Below, piece after piece: positions 44,901 through 52,881 of a stretch of 64,000 bases of DNA. Position 1 is the first letter of the stretch. Each line of letters begins with the position of its first letter. The DNA is from an uncultured virus (IMG/VR IMGVR_UViG_3300030333_004050) (Duplodnaviria > Heunggongvirae > Uroviricota > Caudoviricetes), in IMG/VR virus record IMGVR_UViG_3300030333_004050. The stretch is one strand, 5' to 3'. A program made the position numbers and the translations under genes. The notes under the pieces were generated by a model. The model saw only the letters and a list, made by a program, of their open reading frames with translations. It did not search any database and had not been told where the DNA came from.

Positions 44901-47434
44901 CAAGTCCACACGGAGATGTCGGCTGGTCCGGTTGGTCATTCCCTGCTTCACTATACAATGCAAAGAATTACACTAACTCGAATGAATACGACGAGAGCGG
45001 CGGAGTTGCTACCGCACCATTCCGCACCTTACTAAGCGGCCACCTGTCCGTATTCCAAAACGGACCTATGTGTGGCTTCTCACACTTTGGTCCTCTCCAC
45101 TATGGTCTGTCAACAAACACCCATCCATACCGAACAGATAGAGTGTGGAAACAAGTTCATGCTGGTTTAGGCTACGACATTCCGTTGCACTTACTCGCGC
45201 CAGGCAAGGTGCAAGTAAGAGCAAGAGCGGGTGGGAATGCTTCACTTGACCTCGAACTCGAAACTCCATTTTCTCGGACAGACAAGATACACCTTGAGGG
45301 GGCTACGGACTTACTTACAGGATTCGACCAGGCTGGTGACGGGGGAACTTTGGGTCAGTATTACCTCAGCACTAATTTATGGAGAGACGACCAAAGACGC
45401 ACGACCAATTCCGGTAATGTGCTTTACAATGATATTCTGTTAGATGATGAACTCATAGGCGGTCCGTTCGTTAGCGGCAACTCCCTCTCGGCGTTTTGGA
45501 CTAACCACCCAACCGACCATTTCCACGCAGGCGCGATACCATCTATGGTAGGCACAGATTACGACTGGGATAAGGTGTATTCAGATGGCTCGCCTCATGT
45601 CACCCTCGCGCGCGCACAAGAATTGAGTAAGAAGGACTGGGTAGCAGTATCGGAACAGTTGAAATCTTCTGTCGAAGTCCATGTGTCTAAGGCCACGCGT
45701 CCATACTGGGATAGTGGAAGCATGGTCACAGCAAGAGGAAGTCCATTGGCTTCTTCCTATACAATATCGAATAGAGGCGAGAGTAGCGGCACTACTGCCG
45801 CGAACGAAAAAGAAGTATTTGGTAAAGGTCAAAGGGTGCTAAGGACACCCGACGGAACACTACACAACTTCACTCTCGGACCTTCCTTACAAAGTGGAGC
45901 GGCTAACCAGCCTACATGGATTCACTACACTAAACCAGTAGGCTCGGATTTGTTTTGGAACAGACATTCTGAGATACAGCAGGCGGCCGGAACAGCCGAC
46001 ACCACGCCTGGTAAAGACGAAGTTATGCTCTTGATTGACAGTGGTAATCCAAGTGTCCTCGACACGAATGACAAGATTTACGGCGCGGCGTTTGCGTCAG
46101 ACAGTGTAGGCACGATACACGCAGTATTGGATATACAACGAGACGATAATAACAGCATAAGCGGAGTTCCTAACAGGAGATTATTCTATACCTATGCAAC
46201 TCGAACAGTGGAAGCGACTTCCCCCGACCCTGTATATTCGTGGGATTGGTCAGTAGTGACTCCAGTTGCGATTAACGATTTCAACGGCCTGGCGACAGCA
46301 AAATCTTCTCTTCAATGCCCGTCCTTAGTTTGCGATTCTAAGGACCGCTTACACCTGGCGGCTCGACACGAATACACCAACGGAGATTCTTCGATTGTGT
46401 ATATGATGAAAACACCCGAAGGCAACTGGCCGACTATTCCCGAAACTGCGACATCGAGTTGGGATAATTCACAACTGGTTGTCATTGACAGTGCTGGTAA
46501 TGCTCACGACCTACCGAAGTTGTGTTTGCGAAGCGACGACGCTCCGTATGTATTCTATCGAAGGGAAGACGACGGTAGTGACGCTCATGTATTCTGTTCT
46601 GAGGGAAGTAAGGCCGGAGCGGAAGCATACACTTTCACAACTAAGAGAGTGTCATGGGATAATCACGCGGCAAAGTATTACGACGCCATTATTGACGAGG
46701 ATGATAGAGGATATGTAGTCTGTATAATGGATAACTACCATGCTACCATAAATGCGCTCGATACCCGAAAATCCATACCCACACCTGCAACAACTGGTGC
46801 TGGTAATTTCAAACATCTATTCGTTCCGGCGAGCGGCAATCCATACTCCTTCTCGGATGTGACGATGACTACCAACGGAAAAGGAGAAGTCCATATTGTA
46901 TTCCGGTGGAAGCCAAGTGATGCAGACTTCACAGGCACAGTTCCGACTCCCGAAGACGACGGACCTTACCCACTGAAATGGCCTGGCTTGCCTGGTGGAA
47001 CTACGCCTACCTACGGAGACGCTTCGGGAGCGTGGTCAGACAGAAGTCACTTCCTCGAAGTTTGGATGCCGTCGTTTGAGTTCGATACTGATAGTGGCGA
47101 ATCGGAGAATGTGATTCGTTCAATGAATGTCCGTTGGTTGTCTGTTCCGAGTATTGGGTATAATGGAACGACATCTAAGTGGGATATATTCGGCGCGGCT
47201 GAAACTCTTGCTGGGTCTGAGGACTTCACCCACGACTGCCCTCAACTAAGGTATCAGCGATACTGGGGGCATAACGCCGCCGACCTTGACTTAACATGGA
47301 TGACTAACCCTCTCGCATGGTATCGCACCCCACACGCAGGCGCGCAGTTATACTGGGCGTGGGCCGGAAGTCCTCTCTCCAAACCAGGCGACCAAGACGA
47401 CACTGCTCCGTCTTCCAACATTTACGGGTTATGA
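41969..47434 (+). CDS. Giant tail/receptor-binding protein, beta-propeller-like C-terminal part
   Basis: 1821 aa; repeated D-x-x-G-x-x-H strand motifs (DSVGTIH, DSKDRLH, NGKGEVH). Confidence 0.7.
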   Translation: MASRQVDLRPPIGAEPGLPLTSEITASGTFTELATNNASPNVAKLLLNTQAPRLNFEMGWLETSQVRVSSQGGSLHSAGNATNSVSGTFMTTSEPGRFAAHKRRSVTTAQPGNFTFTDLRDSVEIPAHDTSLLSSSIHESGLGKSLNIVHYSATDLPSNGMGIDYNSAHNGAYSVQLFSGGLQASPSSLQLTAHTNYQNLEDSQYWGVNLGVRQTVLASGVSLSAPPNTPSAADNTNILTDFSTIQTPLVRDDSNLKTIGSVHKGNHVVADSCGLLGYEGVMVATAFFNIPDNTYGGTDVKTFAGLNIQVHSGQSLVRNGRWYADSSLASTARYYYSDDTAIMPIQEALATKGIRKNSGESVESNQTLFHIGKNVNTDGDELQVQSGTNNGRAYSSAKADGNIFGDVTSTGNWKKTSAISTTFLADKVPTRVRIVPSLVSYETVTVGSTTFRKPIVDYHVLISVVETPKSIVQGSSEDYETRNDPTYASNFINADYSEDSVLIYHGIFRINPNELSEVKLGTTLQSNMVVPKDWGLHQLTPFRPLANPNWARIPKLCGTIESGGFYQRGGISHLWDADAYGGELLVAADAIDASDFNSSVWGNGQVWLDGDKTGAADPRGSELLIFRWTPTNDDLYEAGKTTPTSNPLYTLTNGQTDSGSLRTGISISNYLYQWVVHDWVFPQVELMRYLGQERKDRARHPDHTSYAAALLHPTLHCSSFRIMEDGKMMMAAIHRDMISADTEYPAADITAWPFNPDMFSNPCPPGYYYNGTACVKIVDEQSDPVSGTGGSVFADPTPHDSNPDQSFGGSNFGRAPTWATLKASSSARSLILLWSDIKAVNGKVKAGKAKFEITYSTIDGSEKGTQNWVEEDTWWSGSRIAYWYEESAQRAIPITYGSYPEARCSHVVLPKSLPHLLSGGDILHGYPYRTTLDRSFAKADFTTRLSSCDTWMTDRREHLIKTRFVPTTVGFADFAAGASPHGDVGWSGWSFPASLYNAKNYTNSNEYDESGGVATAPFRTLLSGHLSVFQNGPMCGFSHFGPLHYGLSTNTHPYRTDRVWKQVHAGLGYDIPLHLLAPGKVQVRARAGGNASLDLELETPFSRTDKIHLEGATDLLTGFDQAGDGGTLGQYYLSTNLWRDDQRRTTNSGNVLYNDILLDDELIGGPFVSGNSLSAFWTNHPTDHFHAGAIPSMVGTDYDWDKVYSDGSPHVTLARAQELSKKDWVAVSEQLKSSVEVHVSKATRPYWDSGSMVTARGSPLASSYTISNRGESSGTTAANEKEVFGKGQRVLRTPDGTLHNFTLGPSLQSGAANQPTWIHYTKPVGSDLFWNRHSEIQQAAGTADTTPGKDEVMLLIDSGNPSVLDTNDKIYGAAFASDSVGTIHAVLDIQRDDNNSISGVPNRRLFYTYATRTVEATSPDPVYSWDWSVVTPVAINDFNGLATAKSSLQCPSLVCDSKDRLHLAARHEYTNGDSSIVYMMKTPEGNWPTIPETATSSWDNSQLVVIDSAGNAHDLPKLCLRSDDAPYVFYRREDDGSDAHVFCSEGSKAGAEAYTFTTKRVSWDNHAAKYYDAIIDEDDRGYVVCIMDNYHATINALDTRKSIPTPATTGAGNFKHLFVPASGNPYSFSDVTMTTNGKGEVHIVFRWKPSDADFTGTVPTPEDDGPYPLKWPGLPGGTTPTYGDASGAWSDRSHFLEVWMPSFEFDTDSGESENVIRSMNVRWLSVPSIGYNGTTSKWDIFGAAETLAGSEDFTHDCPQLRYQRYWGHNAADLDLTWMTNPLAWYRTPHAGAQLYWAWAGSPLSKPGDQDDTAPSSNIYGL

Positions 47435-47474
47435 TAACCTAAACCTTATATACCCTAACCCCCTCGCGTTAAAC
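47432..47474 (+). promoter_or_regulatory. Class I promoter cassette
   Basis: TGATAACCTAAACCTTATATACCCTAACCCC...AAAC-ATG. Confidence 0.8.
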
Positions 47475-47651
47475 ATGAGAGACGACATACGAATACAATT
47501 GTTAGAAGACGGAATAGTGTATCTTGACATAGGCGAAGAACTGGTTGGGCCGTGTGGTCACAGCATGGACGAAGTATTGGACCAGTGGGTTGACTGTGAC
47601 TGTTGCGAAGAAGTCTTCGAGTTCACCATAGTCGAAGGGGTGGTATTATGA
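47475..47651 (+). CDS. 58-aa acidic microprotein
   Basis: Hand translation MRDDIRIQLLEDG...CGH...CDCCE; leaderless start. Confidence 0.65.
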   Translation: MRDDIRIQLLEDGIVYLDIGEELVGPCGHSMDEVLDQWVDCDCCEEVFEFTIVEGVVL

Positions 47652-47818
47652 GCAACTGGACCATAGAAGAATACGACGAATACGAATACCACCCGTATGT
47701 TGACCTGCCGCCGGAACTCCAAGAAGAAATAGAAAGGGAAGAAATAGAAACTGAACAGTATTGGTCTAACTTTCCTCAATGGGCCGCCGAACTTTATGGT
47801 GACTTCATAGTGTTGTAG
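47648..47818 (+). CDS. 56-aa acidic microprotein
   Basis: MSNWTIEEY...; ATGA coupling, GGGGTGG upstream. Confidence 0.6.
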   Translation: MSNWTIEEYDEYEYHPYVDLPPELQEEIEREEIETEQYWSNFPQWAAELYGDFIVL

Positions 47819-47826
47819 GTGGTATC

Positions 47827-47979
47827 ATGAGTTGTGTATTGTGTGACAAGCCCGTTCTCTTCGTGACGAATACTCCAATAGGCGAAAGAGGCTTTTGTAG
47901 TGAGAAATGCTACTGCGAGTATGTCGGACTCGACTACTATGGAGAAGGGTATTATGGACTGGTTAATGACGACATATAG
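47827..47979 (+). CDS. 50-aa FCS/TRASH-type zinc-finger microprotein
   Basis: Hand translation MSCVLCDKP...FCSEKC; AGGTGG upstream. Confidence 0.6.
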   Translation: MSCVLCDKPVLFVTNTPIGERGFCSEKCYCEYVGLDYYGEGYYGLVNDDI

Positions 47980-48015
47980 ACTAAACCTTATATACCCTAA
48001 CCCTATCCCACAAAC
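47975..48015 (+). promoter_or_regulatory. Class I promoter cassette
   Basis: CTAAACCTTATATACCCTAACCC...AAAC-ATG. Confidence 0.8.
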
Positions 48016-48348
48016 ATGAGCAACGAGACGACCGCCACCGTCATACTAACAAAAGCCAATGCTGACAATCAAGGAATGTTCGGCCGAACAGTCAGCGCGA
48101 GCGGCCGAGCGACTCGAATAAATGTCATCGAGTCCGCCCGAAGGAACACATACCAATGGTTTCCTAACTCAGTCATCATCCGAGAGAGCGACTCCCATGT
48201 TGAAGTCGCCGAATGGTTCGTCGTGAGAAATATGCGCCCGACATGGGAGCGGGTTCAAATCGCTCGACAGAACCGCGCTAACTTCGAGGCTTCTTTCACC
48301 AATGGCGGCCCTATCTATCAAGAGACGGACTACGGTTGGTGGAATTAG
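48016..48348 (+). CDS. Hypothetical protein (class I cassette cargo)
   Basis: Leaderless ATG; W-x-P-x-S...V-x-x-WF motif. Confidence 0.7.
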   Translation: MSNETTATVILTKANADNQGMFGRTVSASGRATRINVIESARRNTYQWFPNSVIIRESDSHVEVAEWFVVRNMRPTWERVQIARQNRANFEASFTNGGPIYQETDYGWWN

Positions 48349-49913
48349 ACCTCAGCGACCAACACTTCGGTTGTGAGGACTAACCCTGCAATCGAAGCGG
48401 CGGTCTGTAAAGAGTTGATAACGACCTTAGCGGGGTCAATGACTCCCTGTTCCATCAAGTCGCCGAACTCCATCGTGCGCGCGTTAAGACCGAATGTCGG
48501 ACTATTCTCGTGAAAGATGCGGTCTAAGGATTTGATACCATCCATACCGCAGTTGTAGCACAGTTGAAGGAACGGTTCGCATAGTGCTTCTTGAACCATC
48601 GACATACCGAGTAAAATATCTCCTTCCTCGTCATGAGCCGCGTCAAGGATTTCATCTCTCGCCCATAGATACATGAGAGAGCCGCCGACGACTATTCCTT
48701 CTTCAAGAGCCGCGCGCGTTGCATTCAATGAATCATCAACACGAGCAACACGCTCCTTCATCTCGGATTCTGTCTTACCGCCGATATGCAATACGGCTAC
48801 GCCACCGCTTAGTTTTCCGGCTCTCGCTTTGAGGGCTTCCTTCTCCCATGCACTGTCCGCTCCTTCGGACTGTTCCATCAATGCGTCCTGTCTCTCCTTG
48901 ATTTCATTCTTCATTCCACGACCACCGATGATTGTTGTTTTCTTATGAGTCACAACAACCTTCTTTGCACCACCCAATGATTCTATTCCATTGCGTTGTG
49001 TAGTCATTCCCTTGCTGGTGAAAATTGGAACTGCACCAACGACTGTCGTTATGTCAGTCATGATTTCTTCTCTTGAGTCTCCGAATGTGGGTGCTTCAAC
49101 TGCTACAACATCTAAGATGCCTCTTGACTTATTGAGAGCCAGTGTAGCCAACGCTTCTCCTTCAACCTTAGAAGCGATAATGAGAAGTGGTTTTTTGACT
49201 TCGACTGAGTAATTCAAAACATCAACGATTTCTTGAGCCGAGTTGAGGATTTCGTTCGTCACAAGTATGAGTGGATTTTCCAAAACAACTTCCTGGCTTC
49301 CGTCTGGGATGAAGTGTGGGCTAAGGACACCCTTAGCAAACTCCAATCCATCAACAATCTCCAGTTCTGTTTTCGTTCCGTTCGATTCGTCAATCGAGAC
49401 AATTCCGTTATGACCAACTTTGGTGAAAGCCTCAGCAATCAAAGAGCCAATGTCCTCGTCATTGTTTGCCGCAATCGTGGCGACATTGAATAACCAATCT
49501 TCCGTCACATCTTGACTTTGAGATTTGATATGCTCAACTGCAATTTCAACTGCTTTATCGAATCCTTGTTTGATGAAGATAGGATTACGACCTTCCTTCA
49601 TTTCATTGATGCCCCTTTCACAAAGAGCCTGCGTCATAATCGAAGCAGTTGTAGTTCCATCACCAGCGTTGTCTTGAGTTTTGGTAGCCGCTTCTTGAAT
49701 CAGACGGACACCGAGATTCTCATACGGGTCATCCAAGTGAATGTCTTGAGCAATCGTCACCCCGTCGTTAATCACGATGGGCGAGGCAAACTGTCTCTCA
49801 AGCACTACTGTTCTCGCGGCTGGACCTAATGTCGGCTTAACCGCGTTGGCGACTTCATCTATACCGCGCATGAGTGCGCTTCTCGCTTCTTCTCCGAATA
49901 GTGACTTCTTCAT
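48345..49913 (-). CDS. groEL: Group I chaperonin GroEL
   Basis: AVKPTLGP, NDGVTIA, AGDGTTTA, AGKLSGGVAV, DSLNATRAALEEGIV, GVIDPAKV, LTTE. Confidence 0.97.
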   Translation of the reverse strand: MKKSLFGEEARSALMRGIDEVANAVKPTLGPAARTVVLERQFASPIVINDGVTIAQDIHLDDPYENLGVRLIQEAATKTQDNAGDGTTTASIMTQALCERGINEMKEGRNPIFIKQGFDKAVEIAVEHIKSQSQDVTEDWLFNVATIAANNDEDIGSLIAEAFTKVGHNGIVSIDESNGTKTELEIVDGLEFAKGVLSPHFIPDGSQEVVLENPLILVTNEILNSAQEIVDVLNYSVEVKKPLLIIASKVEGEALATLALNKSRGILDVVAVEAPTFGDSREEIMTDITTVVGAVPIFTSKGMTTQRNGIESLGGAKKVVVTHKKTTIIGGRGMKNEIKERQDALMEQSEGADSAWEKEALKARAGKLSGGVAVLHIGGKTESEMKERVARVDDSLNATRAALEEGIVVGGSLMYLWARDEILDAAHDEEGDILLGMSMVQEALCEPFLQLCYNCGMDGIKSLDRIFHENSPTFGLNARTMEFGDLMEQGVIDPAKVVINSLQTAASIAGLVLTTEVLVAEV

Positions 49914-50191
49914 TCGCTTTCACCTACTACTGCTATTATGTCGTTCGTTCCTACGAGAAGATGAACTTCTCCTTCCCACTTGACGCTCGTTCCCGATTCT
50001 GAGTTAACAACTACTACATCACCTATGTTGAACCCATACACTTCTTCCTTGAAATGCTCATGAACTGCTACTACAAGACCGAAATTATAGGACGCAGAAT
50101 CGTCCTGTATAATCACACCCGAACTCGTTGTCTGTTCGGGAATCCATCTCTTAATCAGTATATGTCCGTTGCGTGGGATTAGAACCTTCAC
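49910..50191 (-). CDS. groES: Co-chaperonin GroES
   Basis: LIPRNGHILIK...TTSSGVII...GLVVAV...GDVV...DIIAVV; GTG start after TGATATACC. Confidence 0.85.
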   Translation of the reverse strand: MKVLIPRNGHILIKRWIPEQTTSSGVIIQDDSASYNFGLVVAVHEHFKEEVYGFNIGDVVVVNSESGTSVKWEGEVHLLVGTNDIIAVVGESE

Positions 50192-50258
50192 AGCGCGTCC
50201 TAAAGCCGTCGGTATATCAGATGAACGGTCAATAACCAAATAGACACCCGAAAGTAGC

Positions 50259-52061
50259 ATGGATGAGGCTACCGACAGGTATGTTCGCTTAGTTCGCAAC
50301 CATCAAGAGGACCGCCTCGTTATCACACCGCCCGACAGTATGAGAGAATTGGTGGATGAAATGGCGAGCGACCCTCGCCGCCCACGAACTGCTATTGCGC
50401 GCTTTGTATCAAGAACATGGGCTGAGAAACAGTGGTTGGACTTTGGCGCGGATGGCGAAATCGCTTACGCTTCAGTCACTAAGAATAAGGAAGATATTAA
50501 CAGACCAATTCACTATCCAACTGATTTTGGGTTAGGACTCATGCTACACCCCGATGCAACTACGGCTGGAACATGGACTACTGACACCGCGATAACCAAC
50601 TGCTACACAAACTTAGCATCACCCCACCCCTTCGACCCTCACATACACAACGGACATACTGGAGCAAGTGATGGATTCGGTTATCTCTATTCGACTTCTT
50701 CTCTTTTCTATGACCAATATGACCTAACATCTCGGCGTGGTGGCGGACCTCGTGGTGGGTTCGCATTTACTACCGGACCTACGGAAGGGAATTATCCATC
50801 CACTATTCTTCCCAGCCCAACTTTCAATTTGGGAAGACTCGGATATACCAACGGCGGGTGGAATCCCGAAGGTGTGCAATGGATGAATCGTCCACGCAGA
50901 TACAAACTGACCAATCTAAGAAATAATTGGCCTCACAAAGTATTCTTCTGTCGCTCTCGACAAGTCTTCAATAGAACGATTTACGGTCCACTATCAGAAG
51001 ACGAGGCAACACCGAGAACGCCTGTTGTAGTGATTAACGGAGTCAAGCCGTTGCATGGTGTTTTGAATATCAGTTCGTCGAGGACTATGAACAGCCCAAC
51101 AGAAATCCAGGTTAAGATTTCATCAGTCGCCGGACGACGGAGCGGCTTAGCCAAACTGGGTGACACTATCCAGGTTTTCCTGGCTGGTCGCTCATGGGCG
51201 AACCCGCCTCTAATTTTCACAGGCTTTGTATCGGGGATAACCGAAGAGACATCTTCCGTCACCCTCACTGCTTTAGACTCGCTGGGTTATTTGTCAAATG
51301 AACATCTTAGAAACGAACCAGCAGTCGGAACTGCAAACATTTCAACAATTATTAAACAAGTGATTGCTGAATCTTCTTACTACCCGCCAATTGGTTTTAT
51401 TCAATCGGAAATGCCTTTCACCGCGCCTTCCAATCTAAGACTGAAGGGCAAGACAAGACTGGGTGCAATCCAAACAATTCTGAATTATGTTAACGCCGCA
51501 CCGGATAGATTCACAATATATGCCGACGCGTATGGATTCATTCATGTGGCGAAGTTGCCGGACATAGATGACACGAACCTAACTCCGTATGTCGCCGGAC
51601 GACTGCCGAGAACTTCCACACCACAGGATTACTACCCGACTGAGATAAGTCGAGACAAAAGTGATGACGACTTCTTTAATCAAGTGACAGTAGCAAATGA
51701 TGAGTTAAACTTCAGCGCGACTGAAACTCTCAACTCAACTGAGCGACCAGTCGAGAGATACATTTTGGATAACAACATCAAGACAAGACAACAAGCACAA
51801 ACGATAGCCAGGCAGATTTTGATTAAGCAAGGAACTAAGGATGCGCGTTGGGTAGTGGAAGGACTACCAGAAAGATTCGATTTGAAACCTGGCGACATAA
51901 TCGACTTCGCGTCTGTTCAAGGTGGACTCGCTGGACGAAAACAAATCATGACAGTTAATTGGAACTATTCACCTACGGAATCGAATATGACTATGGTAGT
52001 TGGAAGAGAGCCAGCAGACATAGCAACCTTCGTCAGATTAGCGGCTACAAAGTCGCTTTAA
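50259..52061 (+). CDS. Baseplate hub / tail-associated protein
   Basis: IFTGFV...TLTALD-x-L-x-x-L, FNQVTV, DLKPGDII...QI-x-x-V-x-W...TMVVG. Confidence 0.7.
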   Translation: MDEATDRYVRLVRNHQEDRLVITPPDSMRELVDEMASDPRRPRTAIARFVSRTWAEKQWLDFGADGEIAYASVTKNKEDINRPIHYPTDFGLGLMLHPDATTAGTWTTDTAITNCYTNLASPHPFDPHIHNGHTGASDGFGYLYSTSSLFYDQYDLTSRRGGGPRGGFAFTTGPTEGNYPSTILPSPTFNLGRLGYTNGGWNPEGVQWMNRPRRYKLTNLRNNWPHKVFFCRSRQVFNRTIYGPLSEDEATPRTPVVVINGVKPLHGVLNISSSRTMNSPTEIQVKISSVAGRRSGLAKLGDTIQVFLAGRSWANPPLIFTGFVSGITEETSSVTLTALDSLGYLSNEHLRNEPAVGTANISTIIKQVIAESSYYPPIGFIQSEMPFTAPSNLRLKGKTRLGAIQTILNYVNAAPDRFTIYADAYGFIHVAKLPDIDDTNLTPYVAGRLPRTSTPQDYYPTEISRDKSDDDFFNQVTVANDELNFSATETLNSTERPVERYILDNNIKTRQQAQTIARQILIKQGTKDARWVVEGLPERFDLKPGDIIDFASVQGGLAGRKQIMTVNWNYSPTESNMTMVVGREPADIATFVRLAATKSL

Positions 52062-52257
52062 TGATGGGTGCTTTTTTTGCATTAAGTAATATAGTTGCAC
52101 CACTGTATATAGTCAGACCATCATACGCTGAGGAAAAGCGGTCATCATTAGCCCCTACGGGGCTACGGAAAAGAATACAATTCCAATACCCCTTACAAGG
52201 ACACACACACAAGAGTTGTATGTGTATCACAAGGTATGTTTTGTAATCATCATTAAA
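52057..52257. other. AT-rich intergenic element bounded by a 10-bp inverted repeat
   Basis: TTTAATGATG (52057-52066) / CATCATTAAA (52248-52257); internal TAGCCCC-TAC-GGGGCTA and other hairpins; T7 tract at 52072. Confidence 0.5.
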
Positions 52258-52261
52258 TCTC

Positions 52262-52303
52262 TATAACCTAAAGTGTTATATAGGCATACCCCCACCGACA
52301 AAC
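52262..52303 (+). promoter_or_regulatory. Class I promoter cassette
   Basis: TATAACCTAAAGTGTTATATAGGCATACCCC...AAAC-ATG. Confidence 0.8.
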
Positions 52304-52702
52304 ATGGAAACCACCACACGACCAATGAACGAAATCATCAGCGACATTTTGGCCCTGCCCGACGAGGCTCAAATCGAACTGCCGGAAAATTACCGTATGC
52401 CTCAGCGCGCAACATACGCATGGTGTCATATCACCAACCCAACAGTTCGACCAATGACCAGTGCTGGAATCCCTCGTGACCTAATCGTGCAAAACACTTC
52501 ATGGAGAGAAGTCAACGCAGGCCGCTCTCGCTTCCCGCGAACATTCTATCTCGGCCGAATCAACATTCCTCATGTGTCGGGTGTTGACGACTTCGACTGC
52601 ACTTGCGGTTGCATTGACCTAATCGACGAGTTAGCGCAAGCGGCCACCGACGCAGGCTTCACCGCTCGCTATGACTCTCGAACCCATTGGAATGACCGTT
52701 GA
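52304..52702 (+). CDS. Hypothetical protein (class I cassette cargo)
   Basis: Leaderless ATG 28 nt after TTATATA. Confidence 0.7.
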   Translation: METTTRPMNEIISDILALPDEAQIELPENYRMPQRATYAWCHITNPTVRPMTSAGIPRDLIVQNTSWREVNAGRSRFPRTFYLGRINIPHVSGVDDFDCTCGCIDLIDELAQAATDAGFTARYDSRTHWNDR

Positions 52703-52704
52703 AG

Positions 52705-52718
52705 TAATAAGGGTGGGG
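52705..52718 (+). promoter_or_regulatory. Class II promoter with no ATG at the expected start
   Basis: TAATAAGGGTGGGG. Confidence 0.55.
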
Positions 52719-52734
52719 CATCCCATTCCATATT

Positions 52735-52832
52735 GCCGACTGGGTAATCATATCCGATACAAGTCCTGTGCGGGGTGCGTCCGGTCGGTGTGGTTTTACT
52801 ATTCCCACTATTCATAACGCACCCCGCGCAGG
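52735..52832 (+). ncRNA. Candidate pseudoknotted ncRNA-F
   Basis: GCCGACTGG/CCGGTCGGT (9 bp) crossing CCTGTGCGGGGTGCGT/ACGCACCCCGCGCAGG (16 bp); all three wobble pairs are G-U on the + strand. Confidence 0.55.
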
Positions 52833-52852
52833 CACATATCATACTGCACTCC

Positions 52853-52866
52853 TTATCACGGTGTGG
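52853..52866 (+). promoter_or_regulatory. Class II-like promoter of the helicase
   Basis: TTATCACGGTGTGG, ATG 29 nt downstream. Confidence 0.5.
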
Positions 52867-52881
52867 TGACTACCATACACT

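Noticed and set aside
52128..52172. Hammerhead ribozyme (CTGAGGA ... GAAA)
   Set aside because: Stem II does not directly link CUGANGA to GAAA, and flanking stems I and III are not evident.
52735..52832. HDV-like ribozyme
   Set aside because: There is no P3/L3 or P1.1 between the crossing helices.
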